64,000 bases of DNA from an uncultured delta proteobacterium. Lineage in GTDB: Bacteria; Myxococcota_A; Polyangia; Polyangiales; Houyiibacteriaceae. The translations under genes were made by a program, and so were the position numbers. Where the stretch lies: the NCBI GenBank assembly GCA_963842915.1, contig CAWJII010000004.1, positions 1 to 64,000 on the forward strand, read 5' to 3'. Under the pieces are notes generated by a model. It was not told where the DNA came from. It searched no databases and saw only the letters and a program-made list of their open reading frames with translations. Position 1 is the stretch's first letter. Each line of letters opens with the position of its first letter. Shown here piece after piece: positions 8,318-18,128 of the stretch.

Positions 8318-8914
8318 TTACTTCACCGCGAAGCCGAACCAAGTCTGTCCCTGCGTACTCGAGCCGTAGCCCGCGCTGGTGCCCTTGACGTCTGCAGAAG
8401 AGCCCTGGGCGCCGAGGCTGAAAGCGTAGTCCCCGGCGGGCAGCGGTGCCGCGGTCGAAACCTCGTAGCAACCAGTCTTGATCTTCGTCAACTTGATCGG
8501 GATCGCGTTGTCGCCGGACTTTCGGTTCTTGCTGCCGCCGAAGGTGTTCACCCCGCCGATCACCAGCTCTCTGTACGACTTCTGACTCTTGAACGGATAG
8601 AGCCTGATTTGCTGCGCAGGATGCACCTCGGGGTCCATCGGCTTGACCGCGAACTTCTGGGCGGGCTTGACGGTAACCTGGGCTTGGGCACCCTCGAGCC
8701 TCACGCTGTTGTCGTAGCCGCGGTAGATGCCCTTCTTCTTCTGCTTCGCGATGGCTCTCTCTGGCGACAGCTCCTTGGCAGACTTGCCGTCCGGGCTGAT
8801 GACGCTGACCATGTTCTTGAATTCCGGGCACAAGTCCTGTGCGCTCGCGCTCGAGGGAATGGCGGAAATGGAGACGGCAAAGCCGAGGACGAAGAGGAAA
8901 ATCGTGTTCTTCAT
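8318..8914 (-). CDS. secreted hypothetical protein (start taken at MKNTIFLFVLGFAVSISAIPSSASA)
   Basis: Signal peptide. Visibly lower GC than its surroundings. No recognisable family. Confidence 0.55.
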   Translation of the reverse strand: MKNTIFLFVLGFAVSISAIPSSASAQDLCPEFKNMVSVISPDGKSAKELSPERAIAKQKKKGIYRGYDNSVRLEGAQAQVTVKPAQKFAVKPMDPEVHPAQQIRLYPFKSQKSYRELVIGGVNTFGGSKNRKSGDNAIPIKLTKIKTGCYEVSTAAPLPAGDYAFSLGAQGSSADVKGTSAGYGSSTQGQTWFGFAVK

Positions 8915-9042
8915 AGTCAACTGACTACACGAAGCCAAGTCCGATTTCAATTCTGTTGCTGCCCAGCCGAGTGCGATGGAACGGACGCGAAACCGGCTGC
9001 GCCCACTATTGGACAGAACCCCTCGAAGTTGCCGCCATGAGC

Positions 9043-9975
9043 CTAGGAAAAAGCCTTTGCCCTGCCGTCGACGTACTCACACGCCGCGACCAGCTGGGTC
9101 ACGAAGTTCGTCTTGCGGGCGGCGCAGGCGAAGTGATCCCCGTTGACCTCGAACTGCCTGGCACCCGGAATCGCCGCGGCGAGCGCATATTGACGTCGCG
9201 TGGGTACGATCTTGTCGCGCGTCGTAATCACGACCGCGGTCGGCACGGCGATGTTGGACACCCAGTTCCGTGACGAGAAGCGAACGACGGCTCGGGTTGC
9301 CTGAGCAAGCGTGGCTGGATCGCAGCCCGACATCTCAGTGCGAACGAAGTCCTTGCCCTGCTGCGTCGGCGCGGCTTTCACCATGTTGTCGATGATCTGC
9401 CCGAGCACGAACTTGGGCGCCAATCGAGCACCGACCACCGCCCCAGGCAAGATGGCGCGCGTCAGAATCGGAAACTGCTGCGGTGTGAAGTACCTCGAGG
9501 TCGCGCAGAGCACCAGGCCACGCACGCGCTCTGGGTGCCTGTTCCAGCACAGCTTGGCGATCGGACCGCCCATCGAATACCCAACTGCGATGAACCGGTC
9601 GATGCCAAGCTCGTCGGCCACAGCGACGACGTCGTCGGCGCAATCCTTCAGTCGGAAATGACGAGTGCGAATGCCCTGCCCGTGGCCACGGTGATCCACC
9701 GCAACCACATGGTACCGCTGCGCAAGCTCAGGAAACGCGGCAAACCAGTTGAGAGGCCCCGTCGCAGCAAGGCCGTGGAGCAACAGGAGTGTAGGAGCGC
9801 CCTCGGGTCCCTTGTGCTCGACGACGCGGATGCGGCCCCGCCCCTTCAGGTCTAAAAAGAGCTCTTCTCCGCGCGGCTTTGGCGGGTCTGAGTCCATCTT
9901 CGAAACATTTGTTGCTGCCGCTCCCATGGTTTCATGGCTGTGTGCGATGCCTCGAGTCAGTGCAAGCCAAGGCAC
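9043..9975 (-). CDS. alpha/beta hydrolase (start may be at an internal Met, 9927 or 9897)
   Basis: HGLAATGPLNW…VDHRGHGQG…GYSMGG nucleophile elbow. Confidence 0.8.
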   Translation of the reverse strand: MPWLALTRGIAHSHETMGAAATNVSKMDSDPPKPRGEELFLDLKGRGRIRVVEHKGPEGAPTLLLLHGLAATGPLNWFAAFPELAQRYHVVAVDHRGHGQGIRTRHFRLKDCADDVVAVADELGIDRFIAVGYSMGGPIAKLCWNRHPERVRGLVLCATSRYFTPQQFPILTRAILPGAVVGARLAPKFVLGQIIDNMVKAAPTQQGKDFVRTEMSGCDPATLAQATRAVVRFSSRNWVSNIAVPTAVVITTRDKIVPTRRQYALAAAIPGARQFEVNGDHFACAARKTNFVTQLVAACEYVDGRAKAFS

Positions 9976-10017
9976 GCTCCGTGAACCGGGGTCGCCAAGC
10001 GACGGCTCGGGGCGACC

Positions 10018-11550
10018 TCAGAGGCAGGCAGCGGCAGCGGCGTCTGGATAGACGACGAAAGCCATGGATCGAGGCGGGAGGTCGGCAGGCCCCTGACCGA
10101 TCGGCACGGGTTCGAGCGCCGGCAGAACGCCATCGTCGTCGCGCAAGATCGTGCCGTTGAGTGTGATGTCCGATGAGTCGAGCGCGTCCGAGCTCAGCAC
10201 GTAGAGCTCCTTTGCGCCGCTCGAAAATCCGGCCACCTCGAGACGAACGCTCTTGTCCGGGTCGAGATTGATGGCAAGCACGGTCACCGCGCCGGGACGG
10301 TCATACGAGCAGTGCGCGTAGACCCGTACGTAGTCGTCGACCGCGATGCGCCCCACATCGAGGACTCGCTGCCCCATCAAGCGACGCCAGAGCACCGAGG
10401 CCCAGTAGTCGGGCCTTGGCTCCAAGGTAGCGTCATCGATGAGCCCGTAGTGCGAGCCCGATAGTGTTTGGCGCACGGACACCTGCTGACCACGGCGCGC
10501 GAGGGCGCCTAGTTGATCCAGCCACCAAAATGTCCCCTCGTACTTGTCCGAGGAGTCGGGTTGCCCGCCGTACTGCGCGTGTCCCGTCTCGCCGAGCCAA
10601 ATCGGAGTCCCGGGCGCCCCTGCATCGCGGTAGTCCGCGATCTCGTCTGCCCAGTTCAAGGCGAGGTCGAGGCGTTCTGGTGTGAGGAGCAGCCCACGCT
10701 CCCAGGGGTCGGACACGACCGAGCCACCGCGCTGCGACTGCTGCGGGTAGTAGTGCCAGGTGATGACGTCGATCAGGTCGGCGCCGCCCATCGCGAGGAA
10801 GTCGGGATAGACCTCCGTGACCTCTCCCAAGCTCGGCCAGTAGGCACTCGAAACACCGCCGAACATGAAGTCGTCGTAGAACTCTTCCAAGAGCGCCCGG
10901 GCCGCCGCGAAGTCCGCAACCACCTGCGATGGACCAATCGCGACGCCGTGCAGAAAGAAGAGGTCCCACTCGTTGCCAAGCTCCCAGAGCGTCACGTCGT
11001 ACTCGTTGCTCGAGACATACTCGAGGAGCTCTCGTGCCATATCAGGGGTCCAGGCAGATTCATCGTCCCGCACTCCCTTGCCTGCGCCGATTGTGAACAT
11101 GACGTCGTAGCCGAGCGCCTCGGAGAACTCGAACACCCCGTCGACCTGCGCCGCGGTGAGCACGAACTCGAAACCTTCGGGCGCTTCTTCGATCGGGTCG
11201 GCGCTCATGTCGTAGATGACCCGGTCGGCATCGGTTCCGCCAATTCTCAAGAACGCAGGCGCAAGCTCTTGGGCGAGCGCACGCAGCCGCGGCCGGCTGA
11301 AGTCGTATTCAGGGACCCGTTCCTGCCCGACGAACTCGACGCTCCCATCCTCCGACCAGAAGCGACCCCCGACCAGCTGAGCGGTGTCCACCGCGACCGA
11401 CAGGTATCGCTCATCGACCGTCGCAACGGCTTGCGAGGCATCGACGCTGAGCTCGGCCGTCGTGTCGACAGGCGGGTCACTGGTCCCCCCGTTGCTGCTG
11501 CAGCCGGCAACGAGGATCGAAATCAGAAGCCCATGAGCCATATTTCGCAT
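10018..11550 (-). CDS. glycoside hydrolase family 79-like (beta-glucuronidase/heparanase-type) lipoprotein
   Basis: Lipobox LVAGCSS. Acid/base motif LWELGNE and nucleophile motif WLGETGHAQYGG (GET…YGG) are typical of GH79. Confidence 0.75.
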   Translation of the reverse strand: MRNMAHGLLISILVAGCSSNGGTSDPPVDTTAELSVDASQAVATVDERYLSVAVDTAQLVGGRFWSEDGSVEFVGQERVPEYDFSRPRLRALAQELAPAFLRIGGTDADRVIYDMSADPIEEAPEGFEFVLTAAQVDGVFEFSEALGYDVMFTIGAGKGVRDDESAWTPDMARELLEYVSSNEYDVTLWELGNEWDLFFLHGVAIGPSQVVADFAAARALLEEFYDDFMFGGVSSAYWPSLGEVTEVYPDFLAMGGADLIDVITWHYYPQQSQRGGSVVSDPWERGLLLTPERLDLALNWADEIADYRDAGAPGTPIWLGETGHAQYGGQPDSSDKYEGTFWWLDQLGALARRGQQVSVRQTLSGSHYGLIDDATLEPRPDYWASVLWRRLMGQRVLDVGRIAVDDYVRVYAHCSYDRPGAVTVLAINLDPDKSVRLEVAGFSSGAKELYVLSSDALDSSDITLNGTILRDDDGVLPALEPVPIGQGPADLPPRSMAFVVYPDAAAAACL

Positions 11551-12244
11551 GACGCCGATCTACGACAGGCAAGTTTGGCACGCCACGCGGCCGCGGCTCT
11601 GGTCAGCGGCGAAGGGTTTGCGACCCGCGGGCCCAGTCGATAGCCTGTCGGAGACGGGAAAGGGAGAAGTCGGCTTTGTCATTTCTGAAGCAGGTCATGA
11701 GCCTGGCGAGCTGGTCTGCTGGATGAGCAAGGTCTTCATCCACGAGATGAAGGAGCGGCTGCCCGAGTCCAGCGGCAAGCCTCTGGACTCGTACTCCATC
11801 GCCGCGGGATGCCTGACCGGAACCGTCTACGTCATCGCGGTCATGCTCGGCTTCGCTCTGTTGATTGTGCCGGGCGTCGTTGTGCTCGTGCGCGGCGCGG
11901 TGTGCATCCCCGTCTCGATTGCCGAACGCCGTGGGCCGATCGCCGCTCTGCGGCGCTCATGGGAGCTTACGGAGGGCTGGCACTGGCCCATTCAGGGCGT
12001 GGTGGCGTTGCTGATCTTGATGGGCGCCGGGACCATTGCCGTATTGGTTGGCCTGCTCGTCTGGATTCCCGGCGGCACGACGGTCCTAGGGAAATCCATT
12101 TTGCTTACGGTCGCCAACGTGGTCGGTTGGTCGACCATCACGGCCGTCGAGTCAGCGATGTACGTCCGGCTTGCCTTCAAAGAGGAACCTCGACGATCGA
12201 GCGCTGCACTGGGGAACGCTGCATGCGTTCGAGATCCTCTTTGA
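11549..12244 (+). CDS. hypothetical membrane protein (3-4 TM helices; true start possibly internal, near 11723)
   Basis: Hydrophobic segments IAVMLGFALLIVPGVVVLV, VVALLILMGAGTIAVLVGLLVWIPG and LLTVANVVGWSTITAV. Confidence 0.45.
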   Translation: MTPIYDRQVWHATRPRLWSAAKGLRPAGPVDSLSETGKGEVGFVISEAGHEPGELVCWMSKVFIHEMKERLPESSGKPLDSYSIAAGCLTGTVYVIAVMLGFALLIVPGVVVLVRGAVCIPVSIAERRGPIAALRRSWELTEGWHWPIQGVVALLILMGAGTIAVLVGLLVWIPGGTTVLGKSILLTVANVVGWSTITAVESAMYVRLAFKEEPRRSSAALGNAACVRDPL

Positions 12245-12293
12245 AGGGCACACCGTTCTTCGGAAAGGAAAACTAGACGTTCTGGTTTCTGTT

Positions 12294-12315
12294 CTTTGTA
12301 ACTAAAATTACAAAG
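12294..12315 (+). promoter_or_regulatory. AT-rich inverted repeat ctttgtaa-N6-ttacaaag, ~100-200 bp upstream of the J-domain gene
   Basis: Read directly; 8-bp arms. Statistically weak on its own. Confidence 0.25.
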
Positions 12316-12416
12316 TACCAAAGCTTCTCTAACTCTCCGCGTCGTTCTTGCCGACCTCGGCGAACAGCGATCCGAAAACTGCCCTTCCAGCTCGCTGTCC
12401 CTTACGGTTTCTCTTC

Positions 12417-13757
12417 ATGAAAGCCGCTGCAGAACCTACGCCCGCACTACGACACCCACCGGCGCCTCGACTGGCACCGCACGCATTCGGAAAGCTCCGG
12501 TCCATGTCGCTCGATCCGAGAGACGCCTTCGTGCTGTCGCGCATCGACGGCGTAATGCTTGCGCACGAAATCGTCGACGCCTGCGGTCTCGACGCCTGGA
12601 CTGTGACGGAGATCCTCAATCGACTGACCGCGATGGGACTGATCGATTGGCACCAGGACGGGCCGAGCAGCTCGGCGGAACCTTCCGAAGAGCCAGGGCG
12701 TCGTAGGTCCGGGACTCGACTGAGCACCAAGCGAAACCTCGCGTCGCTACGAGCCCCCGAGGCTCAGCTGCTCGAGCGGTTTGAAGGGCTCACCCACTAC
12801 CAGCTTCTCGGCCTCTACGCGGACTGCGGCCACGACGAGATCGAGGGCGGACATCTGCGGGCGCGAGAGCTCGAGGAAGGCACATTGGCTGCTCGCATGG
12901 CTGCACGGCTCGGAACGCGCCGGGTTCGCGAACGTGTGGCGGCTGCCTACCAGGTGCTTCGCTCCCCGGAGCGCAGGCAGAAGTACGACGAGTACCTGCT
13001 TTTCAGACAGGAAACACGTGCCATCGAGGACGCGCTATCCGAGGGCATGAAGCGAGCGTCCCTAGTGCCCCCGCCCGCACGAACCTCTGCGGTCGCGGTG
13101 CCGCAATCCGAGCGCGGTCTCATGGGAGAGAACTTGACCGCACCGCGACATCTCCCCGGAGAAAGGCTCGCCGAGTACTACCTCATCGCGGCACTCCGTG
13201 AGCATGCACCTCAAGGGGCTCGAAGGGCGCGCGCCGAAGGCTTGGTTCGCAGCGCCATCGTGGAACGCAAAGCCGAGAATTTCGTGGGAGCGACCAACGC
13301 TCTTCGCTTGGCGAACTCGATTGTCTCGCAGTGCGGCGCTCTCGAGGGTGCGCTGGCCACGGTCAGTCTCGAGATGAACAAGAGCCTCGCGCCGACGTTC
13401 CGGTCTCAAGCCGAGTACGAGGAGAACCTGGGCATGTGGGAGGCCGCGGCGAAGACCTGGGAGAAAGTCCTCCTCGGAGAGCCCGATGACGCACGGGCGG
13501 CCCGGGGCGTGGCCGAAGCGCTTCTCGCGTCCGGAACGCAACTGCAACGCGCGCAACGTCGGGCTGAAGAAGCGGTCGCAAACGCACCGGACGACGCGGA
13601 ATGCCACCGAACGCTTGCACGCGTCTACATCGCGACCGGTACGCCGCAGAGCGCAGAACGCTCGCTCCAGGTCGCGGAGCAACTGCAAGGCGAGCAGAAC
13701 GAGCAGCAAGGGCTCCTTCAGCGCGTGGTCGAACGTTGGCGCAAGAAGAAGAGCTGA
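12417..13757 (+). CDS. J-domain (DnaJ-like) protein with TPR-like C-terminal region
   Basis: YQLLGLYADCGHDEIEGGHLRARELE…YQVLRSPERRQKYDEYL J-domain signature. Alternative starts at 12348 or 12504. Confidence 0.65.
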   Translation: MKAAAEPTPALRHPPAPRLAPHAFGKLRSMSLDPRDAFVLSRIDGVMLAHEIVDACGLDAWTVTEILNRLTAMGLIDWHQDGPSSSAEPSEEPGRRRSGTRLSTKRNLASLRAPEAQLLERFEGLTHYQLLGLYADCGHDEIEGGHLRARELEEGTLAARMAARLGTRRVRERVAAAYQVLRSPERRQKYDEYLLFRQETRAIEDALSEGMKRASLVPPPARTSAVAVPQSERGLMGENLTAPRHLPGERLAEYYLIAALREHAPQGARRARAEGLVRSAIVERKAENFVGATNALRLANSIVSQCGALEGALATVSLEMNKSLAPTFRSQAEYEENLGMWEAAAKTWEKVLLGEPDDARAARGVAEALLASGTQLQRAQRRAEEAVANAPDDAECHRTLARVYIATGTPQSAERSLQVAEQLQGEQNEQQGLLQRVVERWRKKKS

Positions 13758-13781
13758 GCGACACCGCGCGACCAGGCGTCG

Positions 13782-15872
13782 CTATCTTTGCAGACCGCGA
13801 AGCTCGTCGTCGAAGCGCTGGACCTCGGCTCTCGCTTTCGCGAGCTGGATGAAGGCTGAAAGCTCGCTGTGCTTGGCACCCTCGAGCTCGAGCGGCGCGA
13901 GGTCGACGGGGGCGCCGGTTTCGTAGGCACGGAGGGCGTCGAGGACTGTGCGCGCATCGCTGGGCAGATTGTCTGCATCAGGAGGCGCCTGCCCGAACCC
14001 GAGGGCGTACTGGGCGAGCCGCGCCTGGGCGTCGGCAGCAAGATTGGTCCGCGAGAGCGTCTCCCGAAGCGTCGAAAGCACGACGGTGAGGCTGGCGGCG
14101 TCGGCGACCGCAGGGTCCTGCTCGAGCTCGCGCAGGGAATCTTCTACACGCCCCTGCGCCGCGATCAGTCGCAGCCGGAGACCCTGCGACAAAGGATGAA
14201 GCGAACCCGAACGCCCGGCTTGGTCCCGTAGGATCTGAGCCGCGGCGTCTAGGTGACCGAGCCGCGCTTCTAGCGTCGCGCGCGGGAGAGCAAATTGAAG
14301 ATCCTCGGACAGGAGATCGCGCGCCTCCTGCGGCGTGAGCGCGATCGACCAGCCGGGAGGTCCGCTGTACTCGAATGCAGCGTCACGCGCGGCACGGCGG
14401 TATGTCGTCTGCAAGGCGAGCAGGGCGCTCCGGTCGTCCGGGCTCGTCCGAAGAGCGAGGGCCCAGGCGACGTCTTTGCCGGCTTGCAGCTGGTCGTCCC
14501 GTACGCAGCTGCGTGTCGCCAGTATTTGCGCGCGCTCGAGGTAGTCGAAGCCGCTCCCGAGAAGGCCAGCGCGTGTGCGGGCGGTTCCAACGGCGTGCAG
14601 CGCGAAGGGGTTGTCGGGGTTCCGCTTCACCTCGTACTCCCAGAGTGATGCCGACGAGGCGAAGACGCGGGCATGGAGCGAGGTGACGAATGCGAATCCC
14701 AGCAGGAGCATGAAGACCACGGTCGCCGCGGTCTTCCCGAGGGAGCTGCGCTTCGCGAACATCCACAGGAGCCCGCGGGCAAGAAGAGAAGCGACGCCGA
14801 GCATCGGGAGATAGAGAAACCGGTCGGCCGTGAGGTTGCGGCTGCCAAGGTCGATCAGGTTCGCGACCGGAAGCAAGGGAACGACGACCCAGAGCGCGTC
14901 GGCCAAGACCGGACGCCAGGCGGGTCGGCGAAATGCGGCGACCCCCAAGGCGAGGAGAGCTCCCGCGACTAGCGTTCCGCCCAGCCACCAGGCGGCTTGC
15001 AGCGACTCGCCCCCATCACAATCGTAGACCCGCATGCCCGGAAACGCGGTCGGATTCCAGGGCGCGAAGATCTGCTGCGCGTACAATCCGAGGGACGAAA
15101 GCACTCTCGGGACGGCGCCGCTGGTCTCTGCGGAGGGAAGCTCGACATCGACGATCCAGATCCGGACAAGAAGTGCCAGGACGACCGGCGCCGTCAACGC
15201 GATCGACGCGGAGCGCTCGCGACGCTTTTGCAAAAGGAACCGGTCCGCCAAGAGCAGCGGCGCCGCAACGATGGCCGACTCCTTTGCGAAGAGCGCGGCC
15301 GCAAGCAACAACCCAGCGAGCCAGTTCCGATTCGAATCGAACGCCAACGCCCCGAGGAGCACCAGCGCGCACATCCAGAGCTCCGTGCTTCCAGAAATCC
15401 AGGAAACCGCTTCGGCACGACTTGGATGGAACGCGAAGAGCGCAGCGCCCAGGCCGATGGCGAGCAGTCGATGCACCTCGTCACCCGGCGGGATGCGTCG
15501 TCGCAACCAGAAGAACGCAAGGAGGCAGCAAAGCGCGTGCAGCGCGAGGCTGACGGCGCGATAGCCTGCAGCGTGCAGGCCGAAGAGGCGGTACTGGACG
15601 ATGTATGCCGCCGTGACGAGCGGCCGGTAGAGATGGTTGTAGGTCTCGTTGGCTTGCGCGGCGTCGCTCGAAACGTTCCAGAAGTGGCTCGTCAGCGCCT
15701 CGCCGTAGCGCTCCGGGCGCTGGATGTTCTCGTTCGTACGGATGAGGCCGTTGTCATCCCAGGTGAACTCATCGCTGAGTCCGGGGATGAATACCAAAAC
15801 CGTGAGAAGAACAAGAAGGATCGACGCCGCGCCCCACCAACGTTCCGAAGCCACGTCGCCATCGTATCCCAT
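13782..15872 (-). CDS. polytopic membrane protein (GT39/PMT- or DUF2723-like N-terminal domain) with C-terminal TPR-like repeats
   Basis: Start moved to the internal Met (MGYDGDV, 15872) so that it does not overlap the NfeD gene. About 10 TM helices, then TPR-like repeats. Confidence 0.6.
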   Translation of the reverse strand: MGYDGDVASERWWGAASILLVLLTVLVFIPGLSDEFTWDDNGLIRTNENIQRPERYGEALTSHFWNVSSDAAQANETYNHLYRPLVTAAYIVQYRLFGLHAAGYRAVSLALHALCCLLAFFWLRRRIPPGDEVHRLLAIGLGAALFAFHPSRAEAVSWISGSTELWMCALVLLGALAFDSNRNWLAGLLLAAALFAKESAIVAAPLLLADRFLLQKRRERSASIALTAPVVLALLVRIWIVDVELPSAETSGAVPRVLSSLGLYAQQIFAPWNPTAFPGMRVYDCDGGESLQAAWWLGGTLVAGALLALGVAAFRRPAWRPVLADALWVVVPLLPVANLIDLGSRNLTADRFLYLPMLGVASLLARGLLWMFAKRSSLGKTAATVVFMLLLGFAFVTSLHARVFASSASLWEYEVKRNPDNPFALHAVGTARTRAGLLGSGFDYLERAQILATRSCVRDDQLQAGKDVAWALALRTSPDDRSALLALQTTYRRAARDAAFEYSGPPGWSIALTPQEARDLLSEDLQFALPRATLEARLGHLDAAAQILRDQAGRSGSLHPLSQGLRLRLIAAQGRVEDSLRELEQDPAVADAASLTVVLSTLRETLSRTNLAADAQARLAQYALGFGQAPPDADNLPSDARTVLDALRAYETGAPVDLAPLELEGAKHSELSAFIQLAKARAEVQRFDDELRGLQR

Positions 15873-15959
15873 CACTCGGCTGGGGCAGGAAAAACGCGGC
15901 GCTTTTGCTTTCCATTCGAGCGCCAGTAGTGCAGCATCCAGCTGTCCGCTGGATCGAAG

Positions 15960-16556
15960 TTGGGAGAGGGGTGGATGTCTCAGATTCTGAACGAATGGCC
16001 GACGATCGACATCGTCTTCTTGCTTTGCGCCGTGGCGGGGGGCGTAGCCTTCCTGGTGTGGCTCGGGCTGCAATTTCTGGGCGCTGATCTCGAAGGAGAC
16101 GTGGACGCGGGCGCGGATTTCGACGCATCGGAGGCCTCAGGCAGCTCTGATGTCAGCTTCACCCTGCTCTCCTTTCAGGGGCTTTCCGCTTTCCTGACGA
16201 TGTTCGGCCTGGTGGGCCTGTCGGCGCACCGTGAAGGAGAGGTCGGCGCGTTCTTGTCGCTCGGCCTCGCGATCGTCGCAGGCCTGGTCATGTCTTGGGT
16301 GCTCGGCCGGCTCTTCGCGACCTTCAGTAGGCTGCAGTCCAGCGGGACGATTCGGATGGAATCGGCGGTCGGCCAGGAGGGCACCGTCTACCTCACCCTG
16401 CCCGAAGCTGGCGAGGGAAAGGTGCAGCTGACGGTTCAAGGGCGCTTGAAGGTGATGCCCGCCATCGCCGAGAACGACGAGCGCATCGAAACCGGCGCCC
16501 GGGTCTTGGTGCTGCGGGTGAACGATGGCCACACGCTGGTGGTTACGAGACTCTAG
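15960..16556 (+). CDS. NfeD family protein (membrane anchor plus C-terminal OB-fold)
   Basis: C-terminal GQEGTVYLTLPEAGEGKVQLTVQGRLKVMPAI…ARVLVLRVNDGHTLVV. Sits immediately upstream of flotillin. Confidence 0.75.
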   Translation: MGEGWMSQILNEWPTIDIVFLLCAVAGGVAFLVWLGLQFLGADLEGDVDAGADFDASEASGSSDVSFTLLSFQGLSAFLTMFGLVGLSAHREGEVGAFLSLGLAIVAGLVMSWVLGRLFATFSRLQSSGTIRMESAVGQEGTVYLTLPEAGEGKVQLTVQGRLKVMPAIAENDERIETGARVLVLRVNDGHTLVVTRL

Positions 16557-16574
16557 CGCGAAGGAGAAACAGCG

Positions 16575-18050
16575 ATGATGTTCACGATGCTTGCGGCGAT
16601 TGCCGCCCTGGTTATCTTCATTGGCTTCGCGATCTATCTTGCATCGCGCTATCGGCGCTGCCCATCGGACCGAATTCTGGTCGTCTACGGCAGGGTCGGT
16701 GCCGGGCAATCGGCGCAGTGCATTCACGGTGGCGGCAAGCTCATCTTGCCGCTGGTCCAAGATTACTCCTACCTCTCGCTCACGCCGTTGACGATCAGCA
16801 TCCCGCTGCAAAACGCGCTGTCGCTTCAGAACATCCGCATCAACGTGCCCAGCACCTTCACCGTCGGTGTCAGCACCCAGCCGACCATCATGACCAACGC
16901 GGCCGAGCGCCTCCTCGGCCTGGACGACGCTGCCGTCGAAGACATGGCGCGGGAAATCATCTTCGGGCAGCTCCGCCTGACGGTCGCTTCGTTGACGATC
17001 GAGCAGATCAACCAGGACCGCGAGAGCTTCCTCGAGTCGATTCGCAAGAACGTCGAGCCGGAGCTGAACAAGATCGGGCTCTACCTCATCAATGTGAACA
17101 TCACGGACATCACCGACGAGTCCACTTACATCGAGAGCATCGGTAAGAAGGCGGCCGCCGAGGCGATCAACACCGCCCGTGTCGACGTGTCGGCTCAGGA
17201 GAAGATGGGCGCCATCGGTGAAGCCGAGGCCTTTCGCGAGAAGGACGTCCGCGTGGCCGAAAACGCGGCCCAAGCGGTCAAAGGGACGAAGGCGGCCGAG
17301 GCCGATCGGCGGATTTTCGTCGAGCAACAGGAAGCCGCGGCGATCAAAGGCGAGAAACAAGCGGAGGCCGACCGGCGAATCTTCGTGCAGGAGCAAGAAG
17401 CCCAAGCGATCGACGGTGAGAACACGTCGAAGGCCAACATCGCGGAATACAATGCGCGACTGGCGGTGCGAGAGGCAGAAGCGCTGCGGCAGGGTGAGGT
17501 GGCTAAGCGCCAGGCAGAGGCAGCCATTCAGAAGGCGCAGTACCTGACCGAGCAAGAGCGGCTTCGCGCCGCAGAGATCGCACGAGAAGAAATCGACAAG
17601 CAGAAGGTCGAGATCTCGGCAGAAGCCGAGGCCGAGAAGCTTCGGCGAGAGGCCCACGGTGAAGCCGACGCCATCCTGGCCAGGTACAAGGCGGAGGCCG
17701 AAGGTACGCTCAGCGTTCTTCAAGCCAAAGCTGAGGGGTACCAGCGACTGGTCGAAGCGGCCGGGGGAGACGCCAAGGCCGCCGCCACCCTGCTCATGGT
17801 CGAGAAGATCGAAGCAATCGTCGCGAGTCAGGTCGAGGCGATTCAGAATTTGAAAATCGACAAGATCACGGTTTGGGACTCCGGAAATGCGGAGCATGGG
17901 TCCAGCACTTCGGGCTTTATCTCCAGCCTCATCCGATCGCTTCCGCCAATTCACGAGCTGTCCGAGATGGCTGGCGTGGAGCTTCCGGAGTACCTCGGCA
18001 AGGTGATCGAAGATTCGAAGAGCGCTCCCGACACGAAGGCGAAGGCCTAA
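16575..18050 (+). CDS. flotillin / SPFH-domain family protein
   Basis: 491 aa. N-terminal TM, SPFH domain, and a long Ala/Glu-rich coiled coil with repeated AEADRRIFV. Confidence 0.9.
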   Translation: MMFTMLAAIAALVIFIGFAIYLASRYRRCPSDRILVVYGRVGAGQSAQCIHGGGKLILPLVQDYSYLSLTPLTISIPLQNALSLQNIRINVPSTFTVGVSTQPTIMTNAAERLLGLDDAAVEDMAREIIFGQLRLTVASLTIEQINQDRESFLESIRKNVEPELNKIGLYLINVNITDITDESTYIESIGKKAAAEAINTARVDVSAQEKMGAIGEAEAFREKDVRVAENAAQAVKGTKAAEADRRIFVEQQEAAAIKGEKQAEADRRIFVQEQEAQAIDGENTSKANIAEYNARLAVREAEALRQGEVAKRQAEAAIQKAQYLTEQERLRAAEIAREEIDKQKVEISAEAEAEKLRREAHGEADAILARYKAEAEGTLSVLQAKAEGYQRLVEAAGGDAKAAATLLMVEKIEAIVASQVEAIQNLKIDKITVWDSGNAEHGSSTSGFISSLIRSLPPIHELSEMAGVELPEYLGKVIEDSKSAPDTKAKA

Positions 18051-18113
18051 CCTGAACAAGCGACGCTGATCGCCCGTGTTTTCCGTGAACGTGTAGACAT
18101 CGTAATTCCGCTG

Positions 18114-18128
18114 TGGCACCTTGAAAGC
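18114..18128 (+). promoter_or_regulatory. possible sigma-54 promoter (TGGCAC-N5-AAGC; GG and GC at the canonical 10-nt spacing, -12 element imperfect)
   Basis: Read directly. It overlaps the TTG taken as the kinase start in the ORF track, so the true start may lie downstream (TTG at 18145). Confidence 0.25.

Noticed and set aside
15960-16073. Overlap between the TPR membrane protein ORF and the NfeD gene
   Set aside because: Track artefact. The membrane protein most likely starts at the internal Met (15872), which removes the overlap.
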